From NCBI GenBank assembly GCA_964343985.1, contig CAYFLJ010000002.1:1-59828 (forward strand): a DNA stretch of 59,828 bases. The letters run 5' to 3'. A program made the translations under genes and the position numbers. The DNA comes from an uncultured Thermoflexus sp. (lineage in GTDB: Bacteria > Chloroflexota > UBA11872 > UBA12225). This document shows positions 11,601-21,024 of the stretch, piece after piece; within the stretch, counting starts at the first letter, position 1, and every line of letters begins with the position of its first letter. The notes beneath the pieces are model-generated. The model was given only the letters and a program-made list of their open reading frames with translations, was not told the DNA's origin and made no database searches.

Positions 11601-11723
11601 GCGTTCACCGCAAGTCACGGTTACACCAGTGCAATTGAGTGGTATCGCGTGCGACGTCTCCCACCCGTTGCGCCGACGATAGGTCGGGGCGCAGAACGCG
11701 CGAACCCGGGTCCCGGCATCTAA
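8643..11723 (+). CDS. large secreted multidomain protein: TasA/camelysin-like N-terminus, Pro-rich linker, two LamG/ConA-like lectin modules, DUF2341-like and further beta-sandwich modules
   Basis: The N-terminus (hydrophobic segment, then GTRALFQVSATVPANSLQAASVRI...MLPGEVVERDISLRNAGSVPVDISL) aligns by eye to the TasA/SipW-type signal and beta domain. DEIRMWDGIRTTSEL and LDDVRIINRALAASEA are LamG-type endings. PVPFWREQ..YWVRPS...LRFHWGN is DUF2341-like. Confidence 0.7.
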   Translation: MVSPHRPDVPLDPLSGSRRVVLSFSMWWVVTAVVAVTSWGVVGTRALFQVSATVPANSLQAASVRIVSNRPGEPVFDAASMLPGEVVERDISLRNAGSVPVDISLIAVPEAGDSSQLTATIEQCLTGPWMTVTPSSAAVGVERPHRCSAATPGVGSTAVVAHSGALVSRGQVVAGTPTTTPVPVAVARGVNPGGDAHVRVRVGQPEGATTSQRASVRFEWVAQGVTTNLQGTPLAAEPIAALGTVVPPPVPSVTIASGQTPQPTPFPVPTATTAFIDPPLNQLAGYALALEGGFDGVSIPWGAVAGLASRASWTFEAWLKPDDLTGTRVVYAEAAPVPSSMKSVLAIRLVDGVVQAGTWRGDRSGDGWSWSAAPSTKPLITGVWQHLAVTWAGDASVSIAIDGVALGSGVGGTVGRLDGTDVPSSTGWLGRGPGYDVGAGFVGSIDEIRMWDGIRTTSELTTNRQLRLQGNEVGLVAYFPIGVTEGRGVSLVDASGHAVPATLTGGVRWVPSAVPMTAVAPLGFGNQWREVTITNTGTSPLKEVPIRIDNAFTSVASDPSTIAAWTFDETDGDSVEDLAGKQSNGTIIGAFARTQGVSGNGLALNGAGYVDAGNGPAVVGTGPFTVQAWFRTSFGAAQVIAQQRSVAAYNGEWQLGLDSGGRITWWSYGDGAYGAKVTSSNTYANNVWHHVTATREADGTGKVYVDGGLDGQQSSQARNLVPTTVYIGADVRDDKQFFVGSLDDVRIINRALAASEAASAAIIDAPGLTVRITDEGNHPVPFWREQAGTYWVRPSIAAGASQVLRFHWGNPANSDASDGAAVFDDFDGFSGTSLDSNRWQVVNQANGSIGVAGGTLTITAAGDWWEMSDTAASVVARTPVGVPYIAEALITTWIGKTSRIFGVRASTSNASAFLALVNDSDTSNATIVYRDGTGQTAGWAGEESGVPRIAFPSLARFDVSLGSVTARYGGRIAGSRTVPNWTLTLPAFTASHGYTSAIEWYRVRRLPPVAPTIGRGAERANPGPGI

Positions 11724-11955
11724 ATTGCGGCGTTCGATTTCCAGATTGCGAACGGCGCCAGACTGTCACACTGTGTGACGCAGTCGTGGCGCAAGAACAC
11801 TTTCGCGTTGACATAATCACGGTGGCCCGTGCGTTCCCTCCCCGTCGGCGACGAGCCACGCTGGCGAGGAACTGCAAACGCGCGCAGGGGTGGGCGTCGG
11901 GCGGAGCCAGTACGCGCGTCGCCCACCCGGCCTCGACAGTGGTGCATTGAATCCG

Positions 11956-14037
11956 TCAGTGCGCGTGGCGGGAGGACCGTCCGACCACGTCGCGCAACCG
12001 GTCAATCGGGCCAGGTGAATCTAGTCCGGAGAGGTCGCCTAGTTCTTCTTCACCGGAAAGCACGGCTCGGATGACGCGACGCATGACCTTGCCGCTGCGC
12101 GTCTTTGGGAGGTCTGGGACGGTCAGTACGATGGCCGGACGCAGAGCCTTCCCGATTGACAGGGCGACGGCGTCGGCGACCTCGTCTTCTAGCGTTGCGC
12201 GTTGCGTAGCGTCTTCCATGCCAACGTGTGCCTTTGGCACGACTACGACGGCGACGACTTCCCCCTTGAGCGGATCCGGGATGCCACAAGCCGCCGCCTC
12301 GGAAATTGCCGGATGCGAGAGGGCGGCGGCTTCGACTTCGGTCGGCCCAATACGCTTCCCAGCGACTTTCAATGTGTCGTCCGAACGGCCAAGTAGGTAC
12401 CAGGCGCCGTTTGTGTCAACGCGCGCCCAGTCTCCGTGTACCCACATGCCTTCGAGGCCGGGTCGCTGCCAGTAGGTCTCAAGGTACCGAGCGTCCGCGT
12501 CGCGTTGCCGTTCGGCGTCGTGTTCGGTGTACTCCTTCGCCGGGCCACCCCAGAAGGATCGCGTCATCCCGACCCACGGTGCGCGGACGACGAGTTCGCC
12601 AACCGTACCGACGATCGGGTTGCCGCTCGGATCGACGACGGCGGCGTCCATGCCAGGGACGGCGCCGGTGAACGCGCATGGATATTGCGGTTCAATCGTT
12701 GTGCAGGCGAGGATTCCGCCGGCGACTTCAGTTCCCCCGGTGTAATTGATGATTGGGCATCGCGAGCGACCGACCTCGCGAAAAAACCACCACCACGCTT
12801 CCGGAGTCCATGGTTCGCCACTCGACCCAAGGGCGCGAAGCGACGCTAAATCGGCTTCACGAGGCGGGGCGTCGCCGTGACGCATCAGGGCGCGAATGGC
12901 GGTCGGAGCGATGCCAAGAACCGTTGCCTGATGGCGATCAACGACGGACCAGAGGCGATGAGGGTCCGGCCAGTCGGGTGTGCCGTCAAAAAGGATGGCC
13001 GTAGCGCCGAGGATCAGCGACCCTTGGATGAGCCACGGCGCCATCATCCATCCGGGGTCGGAGTACCACAAGACGCGATCGCCGGGTTGGACATCGAAAC
13101 AGAGCGCCATATCCGTTGCGGCCTTGATTGGAAAGCCCGCGTGAACGTGGCGGGTCGCTTTCGGGCGGCCGGTAGTCCCGGACGTGTAGATGAGCATGTA
13201 CGGCTCGTCGGCGCCGGTGACCGCACGCGGGACCATGACGCCATTGGTGTCATTAAGTGCGTCGTGCCACCAGATGTCGCGCCCGGGAGTCCACGGCACG
13301 TCGCCGGCGCGTTCGCCAAGGCGTCGGACGACGAGGATGCGTTCGATCGTGGTTGCCAACGCCGCGGCCTCGTCGGCGATCTTTTTGAGTGGCACGGGAC
13401 GCCCACGTCGCGAGGCGGCATCGACCGTGATGAGAAGCCGGGCACCGCTATCGACCAGGCGTGAGGCGACTGAAGGCGCTGCAAAGCCTGAGAAGATCGG
13501 CGTGAAAATCGCACCAAGTCGGGCACAGGCGAGCATAGCAATCGCGCATTCGGGCACAAGTGGCATGAATATTGCGACGCGATCCCCTCGCCCGACACCC
13601 ACGTTCACCATCGCAGCGTGCGCGCGCGCCACTTCACGTCCGAGTTCGGCGTAGCTCAGACGAGTGGTGGACCCCTCATCACCTTCCCACTCGAGTGCAC
13701 AGACTTCGCCCTTTCCTGCGTCGACCCACCGGTCGATCGCAATCGCTGCGAGGTTCAGACGCCCGCCGGGGTACAGGTTTGCGAACGGTATCCCTACCAT
13801 CGAATCAATGGAACTCTGCGGCACCGAATCCCATTGGAGACCCAACTCCGCGGCCATTTCCGCCCAGAACCAACTTGGGTTGGCGGCGGCGCGGCTCCGC
13901 AAGGCATCGAGGGCGGACTGCCCGTCCAGTCCACTACTTCGTGCCGCGAGCGCGGCGAGGCGGCTCCGTTCGAGATGGAGCGGCGTGGGCAACCAAGCCG
14001 GCGCGTCAACGGCCATCAGCACATCACCTTTTGCCAA
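11956..14037 (-). CDS. AMP-forming acyl-CoA synthetase (acetyl-/acetoacetyl-CoA synthetase-like)
   Basis: AMP-binding motif YTSGTTGRPKA and C-terminal LPKTRSGKVMRRVIR. 693 aa. Confidence 0.85.
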   Translation of the reverse strand: MAKGDVLMAVDAPAWLPTPLHLERSRLAALAARSSGLDGQSALDALRSRAAANPSWFWAEMAAELGLQWDSVPQSSIDSMVGIPFANLYPGGRLNLAAIAIDRWVDAGKGEVCALEWEGDEGSTTRLSYAELGREVARAHAAMVNVGVGRGDRVAIFMPLVPECAIAMLACARLGAIFTPIFSGFAAPSVASRLVDSGARLLITVDAASRRGRPVPLKKIADEAAALATTIERILVVRRLGERAGDVPWTPGRDIWWHDALNDTNGVMVPRAVTGADEPYMLIYTSGTTGRPKATRHVHAGFPIKAATDMALCFDVQPGDRVLWYSDPGWMMAPWLIQGSLILGATAILFDGTPDWPDPHRLWSVVDRHQATVLGIAPTAIRALMRHGDAPPREADLASLRALGSSGEPWTPEAWWWFFREVGRSRCPIINYTGGTEVAGGILACTTIEPQYPCAFTGAVPGMDAAVVDPSGNPIVGTVGELVVRAPWVGMTRSFWGGPAKEYTEHDAERQRDADARYLETYWQRPGLEGMWVHGDWARVDTNGAWYLLGRSDDTLKVAGKRIGPTEVEAAALSHPAISEAAACGIPDPLKGEVVAVVVVPKAHVGMEDATQRATLEDEVADAVALSIGKALRPAIVLTVPDLPKTRSGKVMRRVIRAVLSGEEELGDLSGLDSPGPIDRLRDVVGRSSRHAH

Positions 14038-14238
14038 AGACTCAGGTTGTCAGACCCTGTAGCGTACAGGCACGTGTGCTTCCCAGTCGTGAAGCCGTGA
14101 CGGATTGTCTCGAAACGTTTCGTGGCTGCACGGCCCTTATGGAGGGATCGGATTCGTCCCAAGTCAGAAGGATGGGCTGACTGTTGCACACGACCGAAGT
14201 GCGGACGCACCCGCTTCGTCCTGATCGTTCGCGATAGT

Positions 14239-14268
14239 CTGCGGACGCCATTTTGTTGCTGTCCGCAG
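14239..14268 (+). other. perfect 8-bp stem-loop in a divergent intergenic region
   Basis: CTGCGGAC-(14 nt)-GTCCGCAG lies about 30 nt upstream of the AGGAGG/GTG start of the RraA-like gene. Confidence 0.3.
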
Positions 14269-14299
14269 GCATGCGGAACATCGTCAGGAGGTTCATGGC

Positions 14300-14986
14300 G
14301 TGGATTTAGATCAAGTACGTCGGCTCGTGGAGTTCGATACGCCGACGGTGGCGAACGGGTTAGAACGGTTGGGTGTGCGCGACCCATCGTTTGGCTACAC
14401 GGGGCCAGACGTCCGAAGCCTCATGCCGGAGTCCGGCGCGCGGGTCGGCATTGCTGTCACCGCGAGAATGGACACGACGTCCCCGGGCTTTGAGAACCCG
14501 CCGTCGATGTTCGACGCGTGGATTCGCCTCATGGTTGAGGTCGCAGAGCAACATGGCCCGGCGACGCCGATTTTCGCCGTCATGGAGTCAGTGGGGCTGC
14601 GACCGCGGTACACCGTGACAATTGGGGACGGTATGGGGACGATACTCCGGCTCGCCGGGGCGGTTGGGTTCCTCACCAATGGGTCGATTCGAGATATCGA
14701 AGGCGTCCGGGCCGTGCCATTGCCGTGTTGGGCGGCTGGCGTGTCGCCGATGCACGGGATCATGTCGTGGCTCGATGTCGGAAGCCCTGTCGTGATCGAT
14801 GGCGCGACGATCCGCACCGGCGATGTCATCCACGCTGATGAGAATGGCGCCCTCGTCATCCCTCCGAATGTCGCTGATCGGGTCCTCGAGGAGGCCGCGG
14901 CAGTTCGTGCTTCGGAAGCGGTGCTCTTCGCAAGACTTCGGGCGCCGGGCATGTCGATCGAAGCGTATTTGCAGGGGGACGGGTAG
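14300..14986 (+). CDS. RraA-family protein / 4-hydroxy-4-methyl-2-oxoglutarate aldolase-like
   Basis: FDTPTVANGLERLG and GDVIHADENGALVIP are typical of the RraA/HMG-aldolase family. AGGAGG lies 8 nt upstream of the GTG start. Confidence 0.75.
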   Translation: MDLDQVRRLVEFDTPTVANGLERLGVRDPSFGYTGPDVRSLMPESGARVGIAVTARMDTTSPGFENPPSMFDAWIRLMVEVAEQHGPATPIFAVMESVGLRPRYTVTIGDGMGTILRLAGAVGFLTNGSIRDIEGVRAVPLPCWAAGVSPMHGIMSWLDVGSPVVIDGATIRTGDVIHADENGALVIPPNVADRVLEEAAAVRASEAVLFARLRAPGMSIEAYLQGDG

Positions 14987-15066
14987 CGGTCGGCTGGTCT
15001 TGGGTCGTGCGCCGACGTTCCGCGGGTCGTCGGCGCACGTTCCCTGATCGTTGAACGTTACCTAAT

Positions 15067-15612
15067 TTAATGAAGAGGATTTGACGCTAGGAGTTCGGAA
15101 ATCGTTGGAGTTGTTGCGCCGTAAACTTGGCGAAGATACTCGAGACCTCCCGTGTGGTCGGCGTCGGTGAACGCTTCCACCCCGTCGGAAGGGACAACGA
15201 TCCCAAGCCCAAGGTTGAATGCGTCGGCAGATGTGTGTCTGACGCACATGTGCGTGTGCTGACCGACAATGATCACGGTGTCCACGGCACGCTGGCGCAA
15301 GTACCCACCGAGACCGGTCTCGTAGAAGCTCGAGTAGTACCGCTTCGGAAACTCGACATCCAATGCATGGGGCGCAAGTCGCGCAATCACCTGTGCGCCG
15401 GGCGTTCCTGCCATCGCGTGTTGCCCCCAGATCTTTTCTTCTGGGTCACCCGGCAGATGTGCGTCGTTCGCGTAGCACACGACCCATCCGCGATCACGCG
15501 CTCCGTCAAGGAGTTCACTTATCGGCGGGATGATCCGCTCGCTTCGCGGGTTGGCCAACGGGCCGGTCACGAAGTCGTCGAGCATGTCAACGACGATTAC
15601 CGCTGGTCGCAT
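15067..15612 (-). CDS. isochorismatase-family cysteine hydrolase (nicotinamidase-like)
   Basis: MRPAVIVVDMLDDFV.. and the catalytic-Cys context GQHTHMCVRHT. The start is set at the ATG preceded by GGAGGA. The longer TTG-initiated ORF (to 15750) would overlap the upstream gene. Confidence 0.85.
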   Translation of the reverse strand: MRPAVIVVDMLDDFVTGPLANPRSERIIPPISELLDGARDRGWVVCYANDAHLPGDPEEKIWGQHAMAGTPGAQVIARLAPHALDVEFPKRYYSSFYETGLGGYLRQRAVDTVIIVGQHTHMCVRHTSADAFNLGLGIVVPSDGVEAFTDADHTGGLEYLRQVYGATTPTISELLASNPLH

Positions 15613-15712
15613 GAAGTTTCCTCCCAGTGCCTTGTTGTGATTCGCGTCGAGGCGCGTCCTCAACAGGTAGCAGTTCGAACCGGTTCGTCTGCAACGCTCA
15701 CTGACGTGTCTC

Positions 15713-16519
15713 TCACACAGGCGGCACGCGACTTGCGCCACGCCTACCAAGGTCTCGATACGCGCCGTATAGGGATCGGAAGTACGCCATCACTCGCGCC
15801 GGGTCTGTCGTGGCGGGAGCGCACTCGGCAAGACACCACCCCTCGTAGCCGTCTCCGTCGAGTAATCGGAAGAGTTCAGGCCATGGGTAGTCTGCGTCGG
15901 TCAGGTCATGCAGATGGACAAGCCCGATGTGATCGGCAACCAACCGATAGTCGGTCGCGATACTGCCGTCTGCGCCCACATCGAACCGAGTGTTCGAGTT
16001 CCAACAGAGAACGACACTTGGGTGGTCGGCGATGTCGATGACCTGTCGCATGTCGATGGCGTCACCAACCGACCCATGCATTTCAAGCCGAATCACCACG
16101 CCGTTATCGGCCGCGGCCCGCCCGCACTGGTGAAGCGCGCGACCAATCTGGTGCAGCGTGTCACCCTTCGGTATTCCGGTGGATTCGTGGTCACCATTCG
16201 GACGCACTTTGACACCGGTAGCGCCGACGTCTCTTGCAAGTTGACACGCGCGGCGGGTGCCTTCAATGTTGTCCTCTACCTCCTTCGGATCAGTTGCGTG
16301 ATATTCATAGGTGGTACCGAGGCCAACGATTTCAAGCGGGCTGTCCGCAAACTGCCTCCGAACCTCCACGCGTGCCTGAGGGCTAAGCGACTCTTCGACT
16401 CCATGTGCGTGCGTGGTACGAAGCTCCACGCCGCTGTAGCCGAGTTTCGGCAGACGCGCGATGAGCGTTGGCACATCCCAGTCCCGGCCAAGCTCGTAGG
16501 TGACGAGTCCGAGTTTCAT
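15713..16519 (-). CDS. sugar phosphate isomerase/epimerase (xylose-isomerase-like TIM barrel)
   Basis: MKLGLVTYELGRDW.., GYSGVELR, and HLHD/CLAE metal-site-like motifs. The start is chosen at the internal ATG. Confidence 0.8.
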   Translation of the reverse strand: MKLGLVTYELGRDWDVPTLIARLPKLGYSGVELRTTHAHGVEESLSPQARVEVRRQFADSPLEIVGLGTTYEYHATDPKEVEDNIEGTRRACQLARDVGATGVKVRPNGDHESTGIPKGDTLHQIGRALHQCGRAAADNGVVIRLEMHGSVGDAIDMRQVIDIADHPSVVLCWNSNTRFDVGADGSIATDYRLVADHIGLVHLHDLTDADYPWPELFRLLDGDGYEGWCLAECAPATTDPARVMAYFRSLYGAYRDLGRRGASRVPPV

Positions 16520-16554
16520 TGCAGGTCTTTGCTCCCGTTGATCTGACCTGAGGG

Positions 16555-18459
16555 CTAAATCCAAGGGAACGCAAACGTCGGCGCGTTTGCGTAACGAACC
16601 ATGTCGATGGTGAGGCGGGTCCCCGCGCCCGGCGCCAGTCGAACGGCGAACGGCGCGTCGTTGGTCTTTATCGCGGCGGTTGATGTCCCACTGTCGATGT
16701 CGGCCACGGTCACTGCAGTCAGGCGGTGTTCGTTGTACGCACCTCCCTGGACGATCACCGTGCGTGATTCGATTGGGCTGATATTCACTAAAGTGACCGT
16801 CGCCGACCCCGCGTCGAAGGTTTCGACGAGAGCAGCCACGTCTTGGGGCAGGCCGGCACGCCGACGTTCTGGGTCAAAGTACCTGAGTCGGCAGTGCAAG
16901 GCATGGACGTCGCGCCCGGTTGGCAGGCCGCCGGTGGTGAGTTGGATCAGGGCACCCACTGTGGCTGGATTGGTGTGATTCATGTCGTCAGACATCGTGG
17001 TATCGGGCGACTTGGCGTCAGAACGGAAGCCTTCGACTTTCTTGCGCACCGCGTCAAGGTCTGCCGCAAGCGCGTCCTCGGCGTACGCCGGGTCATGTCC
17101 GTCGAGGAATCGAACCCAACGGGGGGTTTCGTCGAGAAGACTGAGCACCGTCCGGTCGTGAGTCCAGTACCACACCGGGAGCGCACTCGGCGCAAACGGG
17201 CGTGTTCGGAACTCGTACCAACCTTCAGGTCCGTGCGGAGGGAGACCCGAGAGGCTCTGGCCCCGTTCGATGCGTTCAAGCCGGTCAAGGCGGCCATACA
17301 TGTGTGGATACTCAGTGCGCCCATCGATTGTGCGCGCGTTTCCATTCACGATGTCAATCATGCGGCGAAACAGGTTGACGTATTGACCACCTCCACTCAG
17401 AAGTAGTCCGTTCGCGAGAGAGAACGGTGTGCGAGTGTGGTACGCACGATGTGCGACTTTTCCCTTCCAAGGGATTTGCATCACGGAAAAACCCCATCCG
17501 TAGACGCCGCCATACCAGCCATATCCTGTTTCGATGGTGCCGTCAGGCCCGACGCTTGACGGAATCAATCCGCCGTTTCGTTCGGCACGTTCGACCCACG
17601 CGTCCAGATAATCGATCACCCATTGACGCCAACGCGCTTCGCCAGTCAACGCGAAGGCGGTGAGGCCGAGCGTGGTCGCACCGAGGTTGACGTGGTTGTC
17701 GCCAACCACGTCGGTGTAGTCGCGAAAATGCTCAAGCATCTCGTCGTACGAGGTCTCACCGTGAAGTGCGCCGTCGAAGCGCCCTTCAACTTCGATTGGG
17801 TCGCCGGCCCAGTCGAGTGCGGTCGCCTGACGAAGCATCGGCCCACGACTTCCATTAAAAAAGCTACGAATTACTTTGTGCGTCTTGTCGTAGTTTGGAA
17901 CATGCGCGTTCTCGCCGGCGTACCACCCTGTCCACCGACGCATCCGTGCCGTAAGCATTCGATCATTCGGGTCAGAGAGTCCTTGCATGAACACCGGACT
18001 CCACGCTTCACCATGATGAAACCAATCGAAGCACGCATGGAAGTCTTGGTAGTACATCCCGTCACGCCCAATGGCGACATCGGTCGTCCGTGCTTCGGTG
18101 TACTGCTGAAAATGCCCTTCGAGCGCGTGCTTGTAGAGGGCAATGACCGAGTCGTCGGCGCCGAGGGCGTGGAGAACGGTCCAGTTCAGGACGTTTTCGA
18201 GCGCATCGTCTGGCCCATCGTCGCCTGACCACCGCGGAACGCACTTGAGGAAGCCCCGGTCGTCGAAATAGCGGGTGTGGAACTCGGCAATCGCTGCGCT
18301 TTGGACTTCAATCAGACGTCGTTCGAGGAGCGCCCAACGTGGAGGCGCGACGGGGGTAGTGGCGTCGATAACGAGGGTTGGTAGGTCGCGGCGCCTGGCT
18401 TGCGGTTGGGACACGCTAATTTCTCCTGATGGTTCGCACGGTTTGCGGCTGACGGTCAC
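16555..18459 (-). CDS. conserved-looking hypothetical protein, 634 aa, function unknown
   Basis: Long ORF with protein-like composition, rich in W/Y/H/D. No family motif was recognised. It is co-oriented with the isomerase gene. Confidence 0.6.
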   Translation of the reverse strand: MTVSRKPCEPSGEISVSQPQARRRDLPTLVIDATTPVAPPRWALLERRLIEVQSAAIAEFHTRYFDDRGFLKCVPRWSGDDGPDDALENVLNWTVLHALGADDSVIALYKHALEGHFQQYTEARTTDVAIGRDGMYYQDFHACFDWFHHGEAWSPVFMQGLSDPNDRMLTARMRRWTGWYAGENAHVPNYDKTHKVIRSFFNGSRGPMLRQATALDWAGDPIEVEGRFDGALHGETSYDEMLEHFRDYTDVVGDNHVNLGATTLGLTAFALTGEARWRQWVIDYLDAWVERAERNGGLIPSSVGPDGTIETGYGWYGGVYGWGFSVMQIPWKGKVAHRAYHTRTPFSLANGLLLSGGGQYVNLFRRMIDIVNGNARTIDGRTEYPHMYGRLDRLERIERGQSLSGLPPHGPEGWYEFRTRPFAPSALPVWYWTHDRTVLSLLDETPRWVRFLDGHDPAYAEDALAADLDAVRKKVEGFRSDAKSPDTTMSDDMNHTNPATVGALIQLTTGGLPTGRDVHALHCRLRYFDPERRRAGLPQDVAALVETFDAGSATVTLVNISPIESRTVIVQGGAYNEHRLTAVTVADIDSGTSTAAIKTNDAPFAVRLAPGAGTRLTIDMVRYANAPTFAFPWI

Positions 18460-18732
18460 GCACGGACCGCCGAGCTGTTGAAAGACTCACGCCTTGGACG
18501 GTTGGTACGGCACCGGGCTTCGCGGACCGCCGCGACGGCACCGTGCCACTCGGACGGAGCGCGCACCGCGGTGGTCACCCGCCGTTGGAGCTACCCCGGC
18601 ACTGCACGCGTCTGTCCGTCGACGCCGGAGGCAGTCTAGCGGAGCATCGCCGGCGTTGTTGGGTCCGAGGATATGCTGCAGGCCGTCCCCAGGACGCCAG
18701 ACCACCTCTGGATAATTCGCGTGGAGGTCGTC

Positions 18733-20106
18733 ATGACCACACCGCTTCTTAATCGAGCCGACCTCGAGGCGCTTGTCAACGCCGGCGAGATTGACACGGT
18801 CATCGTCGCGTTTCCGGACCAACAGGGGCGATTGCTCGGAAAACGGTTGACCGGCAAACACTTTGTGCACCACGTGGCGGACGAGGGCATCCACGCGTGT
18901 GACTACCTCTTTACCGTCGACATGGCGATGGAGCCGTTGCCCGGCTATCGGTCGGCGAGTTGGGACCGTGGGTACGGCGACTTTACGGTCGTACCAGATT
19001 GGCGAACCGCACGCCGTCTGCCGTGGTCGGCGGGGACCGCGTTGCTTATCGGGGATGCGCGTGGCCCAACGGGTGGAGCAATTGGGATTGCGCCACGCCA
19101 AGTGCTTCGGGAACAGGTGCATCGCGCCGCCGAGGCGGGGCTCCGGTTTGAAATCGCATCAGAGCTTGAGGGGTATCTGTTTCAGGAGACCTATCAATCC
19201 GCGGCGCAAAAGGGGTTCCGAAACCTAGGTCGAGTGAGCCGTTACCTCGAGGACTACCACCTGTTCCAAGGTGCACGCGAGGAGCCAGTGTTGCGACGTC
19301 TCCGCAATGAGATGGGTGCCGCGGGCGTCCCCATGGAAGGAACGAAAGGTGAGTGGGGCCGAGGCCAAATTGAGCTGAACCTTGAGCACACCGACCCGCT
19401 CGAAATGGCTGATCGGCACGTGCTACTCAAGCATGGTGCCCGAGAAATCGCTGAGCAGCAGGGGCTGTCGCTGACGTTCATGCCAAAGATTGCGTCCGAT
19501 GAAGCAGGGTCGAGTTGTCACGTGCACATCAGTGCTTGGGACGACGCGGGAGTGCGGAATATGTTCTGGGACGGTGGACCCGACGGGGGCGGGCCCTCCG
19601 CACTCTTCAGGCATTTCCTCGCCGGGCAACTGGCACTCGCCCATGACCTCGCGGTGCTGTTTGCGCCGACCGTCAATGCGTACAAGCGATACCAGTCTTT
19701 GTCGTGGGCGCCGACGGCCATCACGTGGGGGCACGATAATCGAACGTGCGGGTATCGCGTGGTAGGGCGGGGCCGGTCGTTCCGGATCGAAAATCGTCTA
19801 CCCGGTGCCGACGCGAACCCCTACCTCGCATTCGCGGCGATGATCGGCGCCGGCTTGTATGGAGTTGCGCACCACCTTGAGTTACCGCCCGCATATGACG
19901 GGAACGCATATGGGGCAACGGATGTGCAACGGTTGCCATTCACGCTTCGCCTCGCGGCACAAGCGTTTGACGGGAGTGCCGTGGCACGGGAAATACTCGG
20001 TCATGAGGTCGTGGATCACTATGCATTAACGGCGCGCCATGAAGCGGATGCGTTTGATCGGGCGGTGACCGACTGGGAGATGGCGCGCTACTTCGAACAA
20101 GGGTGA
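18733..20106 (+). CDS. glutamine synthetase-family ligase (GlnA3/gamma-glutamyl-amine ligase-like)
   Basis: GSSCHVHIS, NRTCGYRV and NPYLAFAAMIGAGLYG are GS-family motifs. The start ATG is preceded by GGAGG. Confidence 0.85.
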   Translation: MTTPLLNRADLEALVNAGEIDTVIVAFPDQQGRLLGKRLTGKHFVHHVADEGIHACDYLFTVDMAMEPLPGYRSASWDRGYGDFTVVPDWRTARRLPWSAGTALLIGDARGPTGGAIGIAPRQVLREQVHRAAEAGLRFEIASELEGYLFQETYQSAAQKGFRNLGRVSRYLEDYHLFQGAREEPVLRRLRNEMGAAGVPMEGTKGEWGRGQIELNLEHTDPLEMADRHVLLKHGAREIAEQQGLSLTFMPKIASDEAGSSCHVHISAWDDAGVRNMFWDGGPDGGGPSALFRHFLAGQLALAHDLAVLFAPTVNAYKRYQSLSWAPTAITWGHDNRTCGYRVVGRGRSFRIENRLPGADANPYLAFAAMIGAGLYGVAHHLELPPAYDGNAYGATDVQRLPFTLRLAAQAFDGSAVAREILGHEVVDHYALTARHEADAFDRAVTDWEMARYFEQG

Positions 20107-20119
20107 CGGGAGGTAAATC

Positions 20120-20896
20120 GTGTTCGGACCACGTCTGCAGGGCAAAGTCGCGTTCATCACAGGGGCAGGAATGGGGCAAGGGCGCGCGGCGTCGCGGCTC
20201 TTCGCGCAGCACGGGGCGCGGGTTGCAGTCGCGGACATCGACGGGTCAGCGGCGCAGGCCACCGTTGACTTGATCTCAGCCTCGGGGGGCACGGCCTTTG
20301 CCGTCGTGGGCGACGTCGGCACGGAGTCGGATGTACGCCGCATGGTCGAAGAAGCCACAGATCACTTCGGATCACTGCACATTCTGTACCCGCAAGCAGG
20401 GGTGCTTTGGAAGGATCGCGACAAGTCGGTGGTTGAGACCGAAGAGACATGGTGGGACCGCGTTATGGCGATCAACCTCAAGGGAGTGTATTTCACGTGC
20501 AAATTTGGGATCCCCCATCTGATTGAGTCGGGAGGCGGAGCCATCGTCATCGTCGGGTCGGTGTCCGCGCTACGGGGTTTCACCCTTCCTCAAGACGCCT
20601 ACACCGCATCGAAAGGTGCCCTGATCTCGCTCACAAAGTCGTTGGCAGTTCAGTACGCTCGACAAGGTATCCGTGCCAACATCATTCATCCGGGCATCGT
20701 CGAAACGCCGATGCAGGCGCCGTACCTCGTCGATCCGGCGAAGCGCGCGGCGTTTGAAGGCTCGACGCCACTCGGCCGCCTTGCGCGCGCGGACGAGATT
20801 GCCCAAGTGGCGCTCTTCTTGGCATCCGATGATGCGTCTTATGTCACCGGTGCGGAGATTGCGGTCGACGGGGGCTACACGGCAACCGGCGGGTAA
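20120..20896 (+). CDS. SDR-family oxidoreductase
   Basis: GKVAFITGAGMGQG Rossmann motif and YTASK active site. Confidence 0.9.
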   Translation: MFGPRLQGKVAFITGAGMGQGRAASRLFAQHGARVAVADIDGSAAQATVDLISASGGTAFAVVGDVGTESDVRRMVEEATDHFGSLHILYPQAGVLWKDRDKSVVETEETWWDRVMAINLKGVYFTCKFGIPHLIESGGGAIVIVGSVSALRGFTLPQDAYTASKGALISLTKSLAVQYARQGIRANIIHPGIVETPMQAPYLVDPAKRAAFEGSTPLGRLARADEIAQVALFLASDDASYVTGAEIAVDGGYTATGG

Positions 20897-21024
20897 GCGT
20901 GCGGATGCGTCGTCACCGGTCACTCGACGGCGACACACGGGGAACGGTTGAGCGTTTCGCGACGGCCGATGCCAAAGCGATTTCGCGGGAAGCCGATAAT
21001 TGAGTCGGTACCTGTCGCAGGTAC

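Noticed and set aside
11765-11928. The palindrome GTCACAC-T-GTGTGAC (11765..11779) and a 9-bp stem GGGTGGGCG..CGCCCACCC (11888..11928) between convergent genes, as special regulatory elements
   Set aside because: They sit in a convergent 3'-3' intergenic region, where such hairpins most likely act as ordinary transcript-end structures. Nothing recurs elsewhere in the window.
15127-19122. ORFs 15127..16041 plus, 15908..16546 plus, 16843..17406 plus, 17623..18228 plus and 18487..19122 minus
   Set aside because: All lie antisense to, or overlap, better-supported genes (isochorismatase, TIM-barrel isomerase, the 634-aa protein, the GS-like ligase). None has a recognisable motif.
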